Made by a program: the position numbers and the translations under genes. A stretch of DNA of 63,930 nucleotides, the filler included, from Thermodesulfobacteriota bacterium (lineage in GTDB: Bacteria > DASVDK01), in NCBI GenBank assembly GCA_036381125.1. It is 5 parts of 5 records of this genome, joined end to end, with 100 filler letters (N's around TTAATTAATTAA, not from the genome) between each part and the next. Parts side by side here need not be neighbours in the genome. Positions count along the whole stretch, not along the records: positions 53,107 to 61,769 come from DASVDK010000071.1; positions 61,870 to 63,930 come from DASVDK010000074.1; 3 more parts are not named here. The stretch is one strand, 5' to 3'. This document shows, piece by piece, positions 53,108 through 63,031 of the stretch; position 1 is the first letter of the stretch, and each line of letters starts with the position of its first letter. Under the pieces are notes generated by a model that was not told where the DNA came from, made no database searches, and worked only from the letters and a program-made list of their open reading frames with translations.

Positions 53108-53728
53108 GTCGACGGCGGCAGCGCCGACGCCACGGTGGAGGTCGCGCGCCGCGCGGGCGCGACCGTGCTCGCCGCGCCGCGCGGGCGGGGCCGGCAGCTC
53201 GCCGCGGGCGCCGACGCCGCGACGGGCGACGTCCTGCTCTTCTGCCACGCCGACTGCCGGCTGCCGGCCGGCTGGGCGACGGCGGTGCGCGCCGCGCTCG
53301 CGGCCGGCCGCGACGTCGTCGGCGGCGCCTTCCGCCTCGGCATCGCGAGCCCGCGGCCGAGCCTGGCGATCGTCGCCGCCTCGGCGAACGTCCGCAGCCG
53401 GCTCACCGGGCACCCGTACGGCGATCAGGCGCTGTTCGTACGCGCCGAGGCGTACCGGGCCGTCGGCGGCTTCGCGCCGCTGCCGCTCATGGAGGACATC
53501 GACCTCTGCCGCCGCCTGTGGCGGGTCGGCCGCCTCGTGCAGCTCGACCTGGCGGTCCGGGTGTCGGCGCGGCGCTGGGAGCGCGAGGGGACGCTCTACG
53601 CGACGCTTCGCAACGCGGTCCTGGCGGGGCTCTTCTACCTCGGCGTCGATCCGGCGCGGCTCGCCCGCTGGTATCGTCCCGAGCCGGCGACGCCCGGGCG
53701 GGCCGTGCGCTGCCGTTTGCTACCCTGA
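53108..53728 (+). CDS. Glycosyltransferase family 2, TIGR04283-like (5' partial)
   Basis: VDGGSADAT, GRGRQL, LLFCHAD, YGDQALF, PLMEDI, SARRW. Confidence 0.88.
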   Translation, partial: VDGGSADATVEVARRAGATVLAAPRGRGRQLAAGADAATGDVLLFCHADCRLPAGWATAVRAALAAGRDVVGGAFRLGIASPRPSLAIVAASANVRSRLTGHPYGDQALFVRAEAYRAVGGFAPLPLMEDIDLCRRLWRVGRLVQLDLAVRVSARRWEREGTLYATLRNAVLAGLFYLGVDPARLARWYRPEPATPGRAVRCRLLP

Positions 53729-53732
53729 CCGC

Positions 53733-55634
53733 ATGCGCCTCTTCCTGATCCGCCACGGCGAGACGCCGTGGAACCGCCGCCAGCGGTGCCAGGGCGTCAC
53801 CGACGTGCCGCTGTCGGCGACGGGTCGGGCGCAGGCCGCGGGCCTCGCGGCGGCGCTCGCCGACGAGCCGCTCGTCGCCGTCTACTCGAGCCCGCTCGCG
53901 CGGGCCGCCGAGACGGCGCGCGCGGTCGCGGCGCCCCACGGCCTGCCGGTCGTCGGCCATCCGGGACTGCGGGAACTCGACCACGGCGCGTGCGAGGGGC
54001 TCACGCCGCGTGAGCTGGCCGAGCGCTTCGGCGACATCCTGGCCGCCTGGCGCCGCGCGCCGGCGGACGTGCTCCTGCCGGGCGGGGAGTCGATGCGGCA
54101 GGCGGCGCGGCGCGCGACGGCGGCGATCGAGGAGATCGCCGCGCGGCACGACGACCGGGACGCCGTCGCGGTCGTGACCCACAACCTCGTCATCCTCGCC
54201 CTGCTGTCGCGCGCCCTCGGCTGGCCGCTCGACCGGTTCCGGGAGCTCAGGCAGGACACGGCCGGCGTCTCGGTCCTGCACGTGACGCCGGCGGGAGAGG
54301 CGCGCGTCGAGACCGTGAACGAGACGGCCCATCTCGGCTACCTGGCGCGGTCGACGGCGCCGGCCGGCGGGGAGTCGCCGGGGCCGGCCCTCGCGGACCC
54401 GCCCCGTCTCTTCGCCGACCTCGACGCGCCGTTCAGCTACCTGGTCCTGCAGGGACTCGCCGCCCGGGGGGCGCCGAGGCTCGGCTGGCGCGGGCTCGTC
54501 GGCGCGCCGGCCTCGTCGCCGCGGGCGAGCCGGGCCGCGGCCCGGCTCGCCGCGCAGGTCGGCCTGCCGCTCGTCGATCCGCCGCCGGCCGGCGACCTGC
54601 GGCCGGCCCTGCGCCTGCTCGCCGACGCCGAGGCCCACGCCGGGCTCGGCGTCCGGCTCGGCGCGCGCCTGGCCGACCTGCGGTTCCGCCAGGGGCGCGA
54701 CCTGGCCGATCGCCGCCTGCTCGTCGAGGCGGCCGCCGCGGCGGGGCTCCCGGCGGAGCGCGCCGACGCGGTCCTCGACCGGAGCACCCCGCTCGGCGCG
54801 GCCGCCGAGGCCCGCGTCGACGCCGATCAGGCGGAGGCCGCGGCGTGCCGGATCGCCGGCGTGCCGGCCGCCGTGGGAGGGGGGCGGGTGCGGATCGGCA
54901 TGGCGCTGCTCGCGCTGTCGCGCCGGCTCGTCCGCCCGGTACGGGCCGTCGCCGCGCGCGGCGCGGCGCTGGCCGCCGCCGGGCTCGTCGGCATCGGCTG
55001 CGGCGGCCAGGGGCTCTTCGCCGGGCTCACGCCGACGCAGCCGGTCTCGGTGGTGTCGAGCGAGGCGCTCGCCGAGACGCCGGTCACCCGCGTGGCGGTC
55101 ACCGACCTCGACGCGCGCGACGGACGGCCGGACGACGGCGCGTTCCTCGCCGCCGCCATCCGCGAGACGCTCCAGGGGAGGCCGGGGCTCTCGGTGGCCG
55201 CGGCCCAGGAGGTGGAAGAGGCGGCCGCCGCGACGGCATCGGACGTCGAGGGGGACGACCCGTGGCCGCCGGCGCGCGTCCGCCGGCTCGCCGACGCGCT
55301 CGGCGCCGACGCCGTGATCACCGGACGCATCGTCCGCTTCGTCGACCGGGTCGGATCGGCCGCCGCGGCGCGGGAGCCGGCGTCGGTGGAGCTGGTGATC
55401 GAGATGGTCCGGGGCGCCGACGGCGCGCTCCTGTGGCGGGGGACCTTCGACTACACGCAGCGGGCGCTCTCGGAGAACCTCGCCGACGTGGGGCTCTTCT
55501 TCCGCGGCGGCGCCAGGTGGCTCACGGCGCGGGAGCTGGCGCGTCTGGGGATCGAGTCGCTGCTGCAGGAGCTGCCGGTGCCCCGGGGGCCCGGCGCGCC
55601 GGCTCCGGCTACGGCTCCCGGGGGCGCTCGGTGA
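53733..55634 (+). CDS. Histidine phosphatase plus DsbA/FrnE-like domain plus lipoprotein-like domain in one frame (possibly two genes; second start 54900)
   Basis: RHGET, YSSPLARA and VTHN in the N-terminus; DAPFSYL...IAGVPA middle domain; in-frame MALLALSRR...LVGIGC lipoprotein-like signal from 54900. Confidence 0.7.
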   Translation: MRLFLIRHGETPWNRRQRCQGVTDVPLSATGRAQAAGLAAALADEPLVAVYSSPLARAAETARAVAAPHGLPVVGHPGLRELDHGACEGLTPRELAERFGDILAAWRRAPADVLLPGGESMRQAARRATAAIEEIAARHDDRDAVAVVTHNLVILALLSRALGWPLDRFRELRQDTAGVSVLHVTPAGEARVETVNETAHLGYLARSTAPAGGESPGPALADPPRLFADLDAPFSYLVLQGLAARGAPRLGWRGLVGAPASSPRASRAAARLAAQVGLPLVDPPPAGDLRPALRLLADAEAHAGLGVRLGARLADLRFRQGRDLADRRLLVEAAAAAGLPAERADAVLDRSTPLGAAAEARVDADQAEAAACRIAGVPAAVGGGRVRIGMALLALSRRLVRPVRAVAARGAALAAAGLVGIGCGGQGLFAGLTPTQPVSVVSSEALAETPVTRVAVTDLDARDGRPDDGAFLAAAIRETLQGRPGLSVAAAQEVEEAAAATASDVEGDDPWPPARVRRLADALGADAVITGRIVRFVDRVGSAAAAREPASVELVIEMVRGADGALLWRGTFDYTQRALSENLADVGLFFRGGARWLTARELARLGIESLLQELPVPRGPGAPAPATAPGGAR

Positions 55635-56064
55635 TCATGCCGAGCTCGCGCACCCCGGCCGCCTTGATGGCGTCCATCACCTCGACCACCGCGCCGTACG
55701 GCACCCCCCTGTCCCCCCGAAAGTAGACGATCTCCGGGACCCGGCCGCCCCCCGCCGCCCTCAGGCGCACGGGGAGGTCGGCGAGGCGGATCTCGCGCTC
55801 GTCGAGCAGCAGCCGGCCGTCGCGCGTGAGGACCAGGCTCACCGCCGGCGCCTCCTTCACGTCGCCGGTGCGCGACTCGGGTAGCGCCACGTCCAGGCCG
55901 CGTGTGAGGAGCGGGGTCGCGACCATGAAGATGATCAGCAGGACGAGCACCACGTCGACGAGCGGCGTGACGTTCATCTCGACGAGGGGGTGACGGCCGC
56001 GGAAGCGCGCGATCGGCGACGCACCCCGCCCGCGCTCCTCGATCCCCTCGCCGCCGAAGGCCAC
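55609..56064 (-). CDS. ExbD/TolR biopolymer transport protein
   Basis: EMNVTPLVDVVLVLLIIFMVATP; GDRGVPYGAVVEVMD. Confidence 0.92.
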   Translation of the reverse strand: MAFGGEGIEERGRGASPIARFRGRHPLVEMNVTPLVDVVLVLLIIFMVATPLLTRGLDVALPESRTGDVKEAPAVSLVLTRDGRLLLDEREIRLADLPVRLRAAGGGRVPEIVYFRGDRGVPYGAVVEVMDAIKAAGVRELGMITERPREP

Positions 56065-56085
56065 CGGACGCCGCCTCGGCCGCCG

Positions 56086-56787
56086 CTAGCGCCCGCCGCC
56101 GAGCGGCGCCTGGGCCTGGGCGAGCGGCAGGCCGGTGGCGGCGCGGCTCGCGAGGTCGAGGACCTCGCCCGAGGCGGTCTCGAGCCTGAGCGCGAGGCCC
56201 CGCAGGCGGCCGACGAAGTAGTTGTAGGCGACGACCGCGGGGATGGCCACGAAGAGGCCGGCCGCGGTGGCGACGAGCGCCTCGGCGATGCCGGAGGACA
56301 CCGTGGCGAGTCCGCCCGACCCGGTGACGCCGATCGCCCGGAACGCGCGCATGATCCCGATGACGGTGAAGAGGAGGCCGATGAACGGGCTGACCGAGCC
56401 GAGCGTGCCGAGGACGCCGAGCCGCGTCTCCAGCTCGTCGAGCGCGAGCGCCGCGGCCCGCTCCATGGCGCCGCGTGCGAGGGCGAGGCGATCGAACCAG
56501 GCCGCCCGGCCGTCGGTCGGGCCGCCGGCCAGCTCGGCCAGGCCGGCGCCGAGGACGCGGGCGGCCAGCCCGCTTCCCGAGGGCGGCAGGGCCGCCCGGG
56601 CCTCGGCCAGGCGCCCCTCGCGCAGATAGGCGCGCACGCGGGCGAGGTCGGCGTCGAAGCCACGCCGGGCGCGACGGAACGCGGCGGCCCGCTCGAGCAT
56701 GACGGCGACCGATGCGACGGAGAGGAGGGCGAGGAGGACGAGGGCCGGCCCTCCGGCCTTCAGCAGCTCGGTGAGACTATCCGGCAC
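56086..56787 (-). CDS. ExbB/TolQ/MotA proton channel family protein
   Basis: SPFIGLLFTVIGIM; GIAEALVATAAGLFVAIPA. Confidence 0.92.
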   Translation of the reverse strand: MPDSLTELLKAGGPALVLLALLSVASVAVMLERAAAFRRARRGFDADLARVRAYLREGRLAEARAALPPSGSGLAARVLGAGLAELAGGPTDGRAAWFDRLALARGAMERAAALALDELETRLGVLGTLGSVSPFIGLLFTVIGIMRAFRAIGVTGSGGLATVSSGIAEALVATAAGLFVAIPAVVAYNYFVGRLRGLALRLETASGEVLDLASRAATGLPLAQAQAPLGGGR

Positions 56788-56814
56788 GGGGGGCGACCCT
56801 GGAGCAGTCGGGCA

Positions 56815-58460
<1,646 letters not shown>

Positions 58461-58462
58461 CG

Positions 58463-59203
58463 ATGATCCCGGCCGCGGACGTCTCGTTCCTCGTCGCGTT
58501 CGTTGCGGGCGTGCTCTCCTTCGTCTCACCCTGCGTCCTGCCGCTCGTGCCGTCGTACCTGTCGGTCGTGAGCGGCCTGTCGTTCGACCGGATGACCGAC
58601 CCGCTCGACGCCGCCGCGCGCCGCCGGGTGCTCGTGCACGCGGCGCTCTTCATCGCCGGCTTCTCGCTGGTGTTCATCGTGCTCGGCCTCTCGGCGAGCG
58701 CGATCGGCCGGCTCCTCGGCAGTCAGCGGAGCTGGCTGCCGACGGTGAGCGGGGTGCTGATCATCCTCCTCGGCGTCTACATCCTCGCGACGCCGCTCCT
58801 GCCGGCGCTCGGCGCCGAGGCGCGGCTCGTCCACCTGCGCGCCAGGCCGGCCGGCTACCTCGGGTCGGTCCTCGTCGGCATGGCCTTCGCCGCCGCCTGG
58901 ACGCCCTGCATCGGCCCGACCCTCGGCGCGATCCTCACCCTGGCGTCCACGCGCGAGCACGCCACGTCGGCCGCGGCCCTCCTCGTCGTGTACTCGCTCG
59001 GCCTCGGGGTGCCGCTCCTGGTCGCCGCGGCGGCGTTCAACCGCTTCCTCGCCCTGTTCGGCGCCGTGAAGCGGTACATGCCCGCCGTCACCGTCGCGAG
59101 CGGCCTCCTCCTGGTGGCGGTCGGCGTGATGACGCTCACGGGCTACCTCACGCGACTCAACCTCTACCTGCTGCGCCTCTTCCCCTTCCTGATCCTCAAC
59201 TGA
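58463..59203 (+). CDS. ccdA: Cytochrome c biogenesis protein CcdA (DsbD beta domain)
   Basis: LSFVSPCVLPLVPSY and WTPCIGPTL redox cysteines; six TM helices. Confidence 0.92.
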   Translation: MIPAADVSFLVAFVAGVLSFVSPCVLPLVPSYLSVVSGLSFDRMTDPLDAAARRRVLVHAALFIAGFSLVFIVLGLSASAIGRLLGSQRSWLPTVSGVLIILLGVYILATPLLPALGAEARLVHLRARPAGYLGSVLVGMAFAAAWTPCIGPTLGAILTLASTREHATSAAALLVVYSLGLGVPLLVAAAAFNRFLALFGAVKRYMPAVTVASGLLLVAVGVMTLTGYLTRLNLYLLRLFPFLILN

Positions 59204-59254
59204 GCGAGGCGGGGCTCGGGCGGCTTTCGCGCGGTGGGCGGGCTGACCGCTCGC

Positions 59255-59283
59255 TTGACAGCCCCGAGAGGGACGGCCATGAT
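59255..59283 (+). promoter_or_regulatory. Sigma70 promoter, probably leaderless, for the gcvH-like gene
   Basis: TTGACA-N17-CATGAT, then 7 nt to ATG 59291. Confidence 0.65.
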
Positions 59284-59290
59284 GCCGCGC

Positions 59291-59731
59291 ATGGGGCCGG
59301 AGGGCTACCGCTACTCGGCGCACCACCTCTGGGTGAGCCGCATCGGGCGAATCGCCCGCGTCGGCATCACCGACTTCGCCCAGCGCGAGCTGGGGGAGGT
59401 GCTCTTCGTCGAGCTGCCCGAGGTGGACGACGAGCTCGAGCGCAACGAGACGTTCGGCGAGATCGAGTCCGGCCGGACGACGAGCGAGCTGGTCATGCCG
59501 GTCAGCGGGACGGTGGTCGCCGTGAACGAGGACCTCGACGAGGCGCCGGGCGCCGTCAACGAGGACCCGTACGGTCGCGGTTGGCTCGTCGAGGTCGAGC
59601 TGGCCGACCCGTCCGAGCTCGAGGAGCTGCTGGACGCCGATGCGTACGCCCGGCTGGTGGACGCGGAGGCGGACCCGGACGACGCCTCCGCCCGCCCACA
59701 AGGGGAGAACGGCAACGCCGACGACCGCTAG
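59291..59731 (+). CDS. GcvH-like protein lacking the lipoyl-lysine
   Basis: YSAHHLW, VGITDFAQRELG, PVSGTVVAVN and VNEDPYGRGW H-protein motifs; ESGR in place of ESxK. Confidence 0.88.
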   Translation: MGPEGYRYSAHHLWVSRIGRIARVGITDFAQRELGEVLFVELPEVDDELERNETFGEIESGRTTSELVMPVSGTVVAVNEDLDEAPGAVNEDPYGRGWLVEVELADPSELEELLDADAYARLVDAEADPDDASARPQGENGNADDR

Positions 59732-60056
59732 GCGCCCGGTCGGGGTCGCCCTCGCCACGCTGCTGGTCGCATCCGCGTCGGCCCCCGCCTTCGCCGGGCC
59801 GGCGTCGGGGGGCGATCCCGCGCGCGGACGGGCCCTCTTCACCTCTCGCAACTGCAACCTCTGTCACAAGATCGGCGGCCGCGGCGGCAATCTCGCCCCG
59901 GCGCTCGACCGGGTCGGACGGCGGCTGTCGGCCGACCGGATGTTCCGCATCCTGCGCGACCCGCGCTCGCTGAACCCGGAGGGGCACATGCCCAACCCGA
60001 ACCTCTCCGAGGACGAGGCGCGCCACCTGGCGGCCTACCTGGCCACGCTCCGCTAG
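59640..60056 (+). CDS. Monoheme class I cytochrome c (start uncertain)
   Basis: Signal-like hydrophobic stretch; GDPARGRALF, CNLCH, APAL, HMP distal Met, AYLATL. Confidence 0.8.
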   Translation: MRTPGWWTRRRTRTTPPPAHKGRTATPTTARRPVGVALATLLVASASAPAFAGPASGGDPARGRALFTSRNCNLCHKIGGRGGNLAPALDRVGRRLSADRMFRILRDPRSLNPEGHMPNPNLSEDEARHLAAYLATLR

Positions 60057-60061
60057 GGGCC

Positions 60062-60364
60062 GTGCTGCGCCTGCTCGTCGCCGCCGCGCTGCTCGCCGGG
60101 GCGACCCTCGGCGTGGCCGCCGAGCGGGGCGGCGACGTCCGCTACGACGCCGGCCCGGGGCCGGCGGTCTTCCGCCACTCGACGCACGACACGCCCGAGA
60201 TGCGCTGCTCGACCTGCCACACGCGCCTCTTCCCGTTCCGGCAGGTCGGCGGCTTCGACCACGCCGACATGCGGGCGGGACGGGCCTGCGGCGCCTGCCA
60301 CGACGGCGTGCAGGCGTTCGGCACCGAGGTGGAGGCCTCGTGCGGGCGCTGCCACGCGCGGTAG
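60062..60364 (+). CDS. Triheme c7-type cytochrome
   Basis: Signal peptide; AVFRHSTH, CSTCH, GRACGACHDG, CGRCH. Confidence 0.9.
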   Translation: MLRLLVAAALLAGATLGVAAERGGDVRYDAGPGPAVFRHSTHDTPEMRCSTCHTRLFPFRQVGGFDHADMRAGRACGACHDGVQAFGTEVEASCGRCHAR

Positions 60365-60437
60365 CGGAAGCCCTTTTTCTCTGGTCTTGCCTCCGGCTCG
60401 CTGATACACTTCGGCGCCCCGTACGGAGGTGAGCCGC

Positions 60438-60725
60438 ATGAGCGGGAAGAGCCGCCTCTCGATCCGTGCCGTGCTCGCCGGCCTCGTGCTGGTCGGGATG
60501 GGCGTGGCCACCGTCTTCGGGGACCGGGGGCTCGTCCGGATGCTCGCGCTCGAGCGCGACCTCGCGGCGATCCAGGCGGCCACCGACCGCCTCGCCGAGG
60601 AGAACCGCCGGCTCGCCGCCGCGATCGCCCGGCTGCGCGACGACCCGCGGGCGCTCGAGGCGGCCGCCCGCCGCGACCTCGGCCTCGTCGCGCCCGACGA
60701 GATCGTCTTCGAGTTCCCGGAGTAG
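60438..60725 (+). CDS. ftsB: Septum formation initiator FtsB/DivIC
   Basis: TM helix, FGDRGL, coiled coil, LEAAARRDLGLVAPDE; GGAGG SD; alternative GTG start 60429. Confidence 0.85.
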   Translation: MSGKSRLSIRAVLAGLVLVGMGVATVFGDRGLVRMLALERDLAAIQAATDRLAEENRRLAAAIARLRDDPRALEAAARRDLGLVAPDEIVFEFPE

Positions 60726-60730
60726 CGCGC

Positions 60731-61769
60731 GTGGCGCCGGCGATCGTCGTCGCGGCGCTCGCCCTGGCCGCGGCCGGCCTCGGGGCGGCCCGCGCGGCCT
60801 GGCCCGCCGCGGCCGCGGCCTGGCCGCTCGTCTACCTTGCCGTCGCCGTCGCGGCGCTCCGCGCGTCGCCGGCCGCCGCCCTCCTCGTGGTCCTGGGCGG
60901 GGTCGCGGGGGAGGCCGTGCTGGCCTGGCCGCTCGCTCCCGGCGCCGTCGGCCGGGCCGCGCTCGACGCCCTCGTCGGCGCCGGCTTCGCGATCGGCCTT
61001 CCGGCGCTGGTCCGCCGGGACGCACGCCCCGCGGCGCCGGCGTCGGCGCCGGCCGACCCGCCCGCGGTCGACGCGCCGCCGGTCGACCACCAGGGGGAGG
61101 CCGACCAGGCGCTTCGCCGGATCCTCGCCGAGGTGCTCGCCGCCCAGGGGGCCGACGGCGCCGTCTTCCTCGCCGAGGACCCCGACAGCGGTCGCATCGT
61201 GGTGCGCTGTGCGGCACCCGACGGGGCGCCGGTCGACCTCGCCGGCCGTTACGACCGCGACGAGGAGGCCGTCTTCCGCTGGCTCTGGGAGCGCCGCCGC
61301 CTCCTCAGCATTCCGGAGATCGTGCCGGGGTTCCGGCGCGTGCCGTTCCTCCTGCCCGGGGCGCCGGTGCAGGCGTTCCTCGGCGTCCCGGTCCTGCGGG
61401 GCGCCGACGTGCTCGGCGCGCTCTGCGTCTTCTCGCGCACGCCCGGGGCCTTCGGCCACGAGCAGGAGCGGCTGCTCGGCTTCGCCGCGCGGGAGATCGC
61501 GGAGTCGGTCGGCCAGGCGCGCCGGCTCGTCGTCACCTCCCGCCAGGCCCGCGACTTCGAGCGGCTCTTCCTCGCCATGCAGCGTCTCACCGCCACGCTC
61601 GACCTCGGCCCGCTCCTCGAGCAGATCCTCGAGGCGGCCGAGACGATCGCGCCGTACGACGACGCGGTGGTGCTCCTCGGCGAGGAGGAGGGCGCGTCGG
61701 TCCGCGTCGCGGCAGCCGGCCCGGGCGGCGCCGGGCGCCGCGCCGGCGGCCGGCGGGGACCGGCGAAGG
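60731..61769 (+). CDS. Membrane-anchored tandem GAF-domain signalling protein (3' partial)
   Basis: Hydrophobic N-terminus; FLGVPVLRGADVLGALCVFS...AFG GAF motif; second GAF starts at TLDLGPLL. Confidence 0.75.
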
Positions 61770-61869
61770 NNNNNNNNNNNNNNNNNNNNNNNNNNNNNNN
61801 NNNNNNNNNNNNNTTAATTAATTAANNNNNNNNNNNNNNNNNNNNNNNNNNNNNNNNNNNNNNNNNNNN
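61770..61869. other. Artificial contig linker
   Basis: N-run with TTAATTAATTAA. Confidence 0.98.
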
Positions 61870-61870
61870 C

Positions 61871-62260
61871 GAGGCGCGCACGGCCGAGGCCGAGCGCCGC
61901 CTCGCCGCCGCCCAGGCCGAGCTGGCCCAGGTCGAGGCCGACCTCGCCTCGAAGCGCAGCGCCCTCAAGGTGCTCGACGCCGAGATCGCGGGCAAGCAGG
62001 GCACGTCCGCGCGCCTCGGGCAGGTGTGCGCCGAGTTGGAGGCGAAGGCCGCGGCCTCGGCCACGACGCTCGACACGGCGCTCGCGAACCACGCCGAGCA
62101 GATTGACGCCGCGAAGGCCGCCCTGGCGCGGGCGACGGCCGAGGCCGACCGCGCGTGGGCTCGGGCCGAGGCCCTGAAGGCCGAGGCCGACCGGCTCGAG
62201 GTCCACGTGGCCGACCTCAAGGCCGAGCGGGCGAAGCTGGCCCAGGCGGTGGCGGCGTGA
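61871..62260 (+). CDS. Coiled-coil hypothetical protein (5' partial)
   Basis: Ala/Glu-rich heptad pattern; frame open from the contig start. Confidence 0.65.
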   Translation, partial: EARTAEAERRLAAAQAELAQVEADLASKRSALKVLDAEIAGKQGTSARLGQVCAELEAKAAASATTLDTALANHAEQIDAAKAALARATAEADRAWARAEALKAEADRLEVHVADLKAERAKLAQAVAA

Positions 62261-62607
62261 GGCGCCTGCTCCTGATCCTGGCCGTCGTGCTCGCCGCCAC
62301 GCCCGCCTCTGCCGAGCCGACGCCCGTGAACCGCTTCGTCGAGTGGGACTACAGCGGCAAGGCCGACGGCTTCTACCTCTACCTCGCCCCCGAGACGGAG
62401 AGCCCGCGCGTCTACTCGGATGCGCGCCGGGTGCAGATCGCCGATCCGGCCGCCCGCTCGGTCGTGCTCGTGGACGTGTACGCGCAGGCGACCGAGGGCG
62501 TCTGCGTGAAGATGACGGCCTACCGGGGCACGTGGGAGAGCGGGTTCTCGAACGAGGCGTGCGGGTTCTTCGGGCTCGGCGCCCCCGCCAACTTGCGGAT
62601 TCGGTAG
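62257..62607 (+). CDS. Small secreted fibronectin type III-like protein
   Basis: GTGA overlap; signal peptide; W...GFYLY...VKMTAY...ESGFSNEAC...APANLRI pattern. Confidence 0.65.
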   Translation: MRRLLLILAVVLAATPASAEPTPVNRFVEWDYSGKADGFYLYLAPETESPRVYSDARRVQIADPAARSVVLVDVYAQATEGVCVKMTAYRGTWESGFSNEACGFFGLGAPANLRIR

Positions 62608-62609
62608 CG

Positions 62610-63029
62610 ATGGCCGGCTCGTTCAGCGACTTCCTGGAAAACGAACTCCTCGACCATGTCTTCGGGGCCGCGGCCTATACCGCGCCGGCCACGCTGTACA
62701 TCGCCCTCTTCACGGCGGCGCCGACCGATGCCGGGGGCGGGACGGAGGTCTCGACCGGCGTCTGGACCAACTACGCCCGCGTGGCCGTCACGAACAACGC
62801 GACGAACTTTCCGGCCGCCTCGGGTGGGGCCAAGAGCAACGGGACCCTCATCGACTTCGGGACGGCGGCGATCAGCGGGGCCGCGCCCACGGTGGTGGCG
62901 ATCGGCGTCTACGACGCGGCAGTCGCCGGCAACCTGCTCGCGTGGTGTGATGCCGCCGCGAGTAAGACCATCAACAACGGGGACCCCGTGACGATCCCGA
63001 ACGGGGACCTCGACCTCACGCTGACCTAG
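62610..63029 (+). CDS. Phage minor structural / tail-associated protein
   Basis: SDFLENELLDHVF...TLYIALFTAAP...EVS...YARVAV...GVYDAAVAGNLL, a pattern recalled from phage virion genes preceding tail fibres. Confidence 0.7.
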   Translation: MAGSFSDFLENELLDHVFGAAAYTAPATLYIALFTAAPTDAGGGTEVSTGVWTNYARVAVTNNATNFPAASGGAKSNGTLIDFGTAAISGAAPTVVAIGVYDAAVAGNLLAWCDAAASKTINNGDPVTIPNGDLDLTLT

Positions 63030-63031
63030 CC

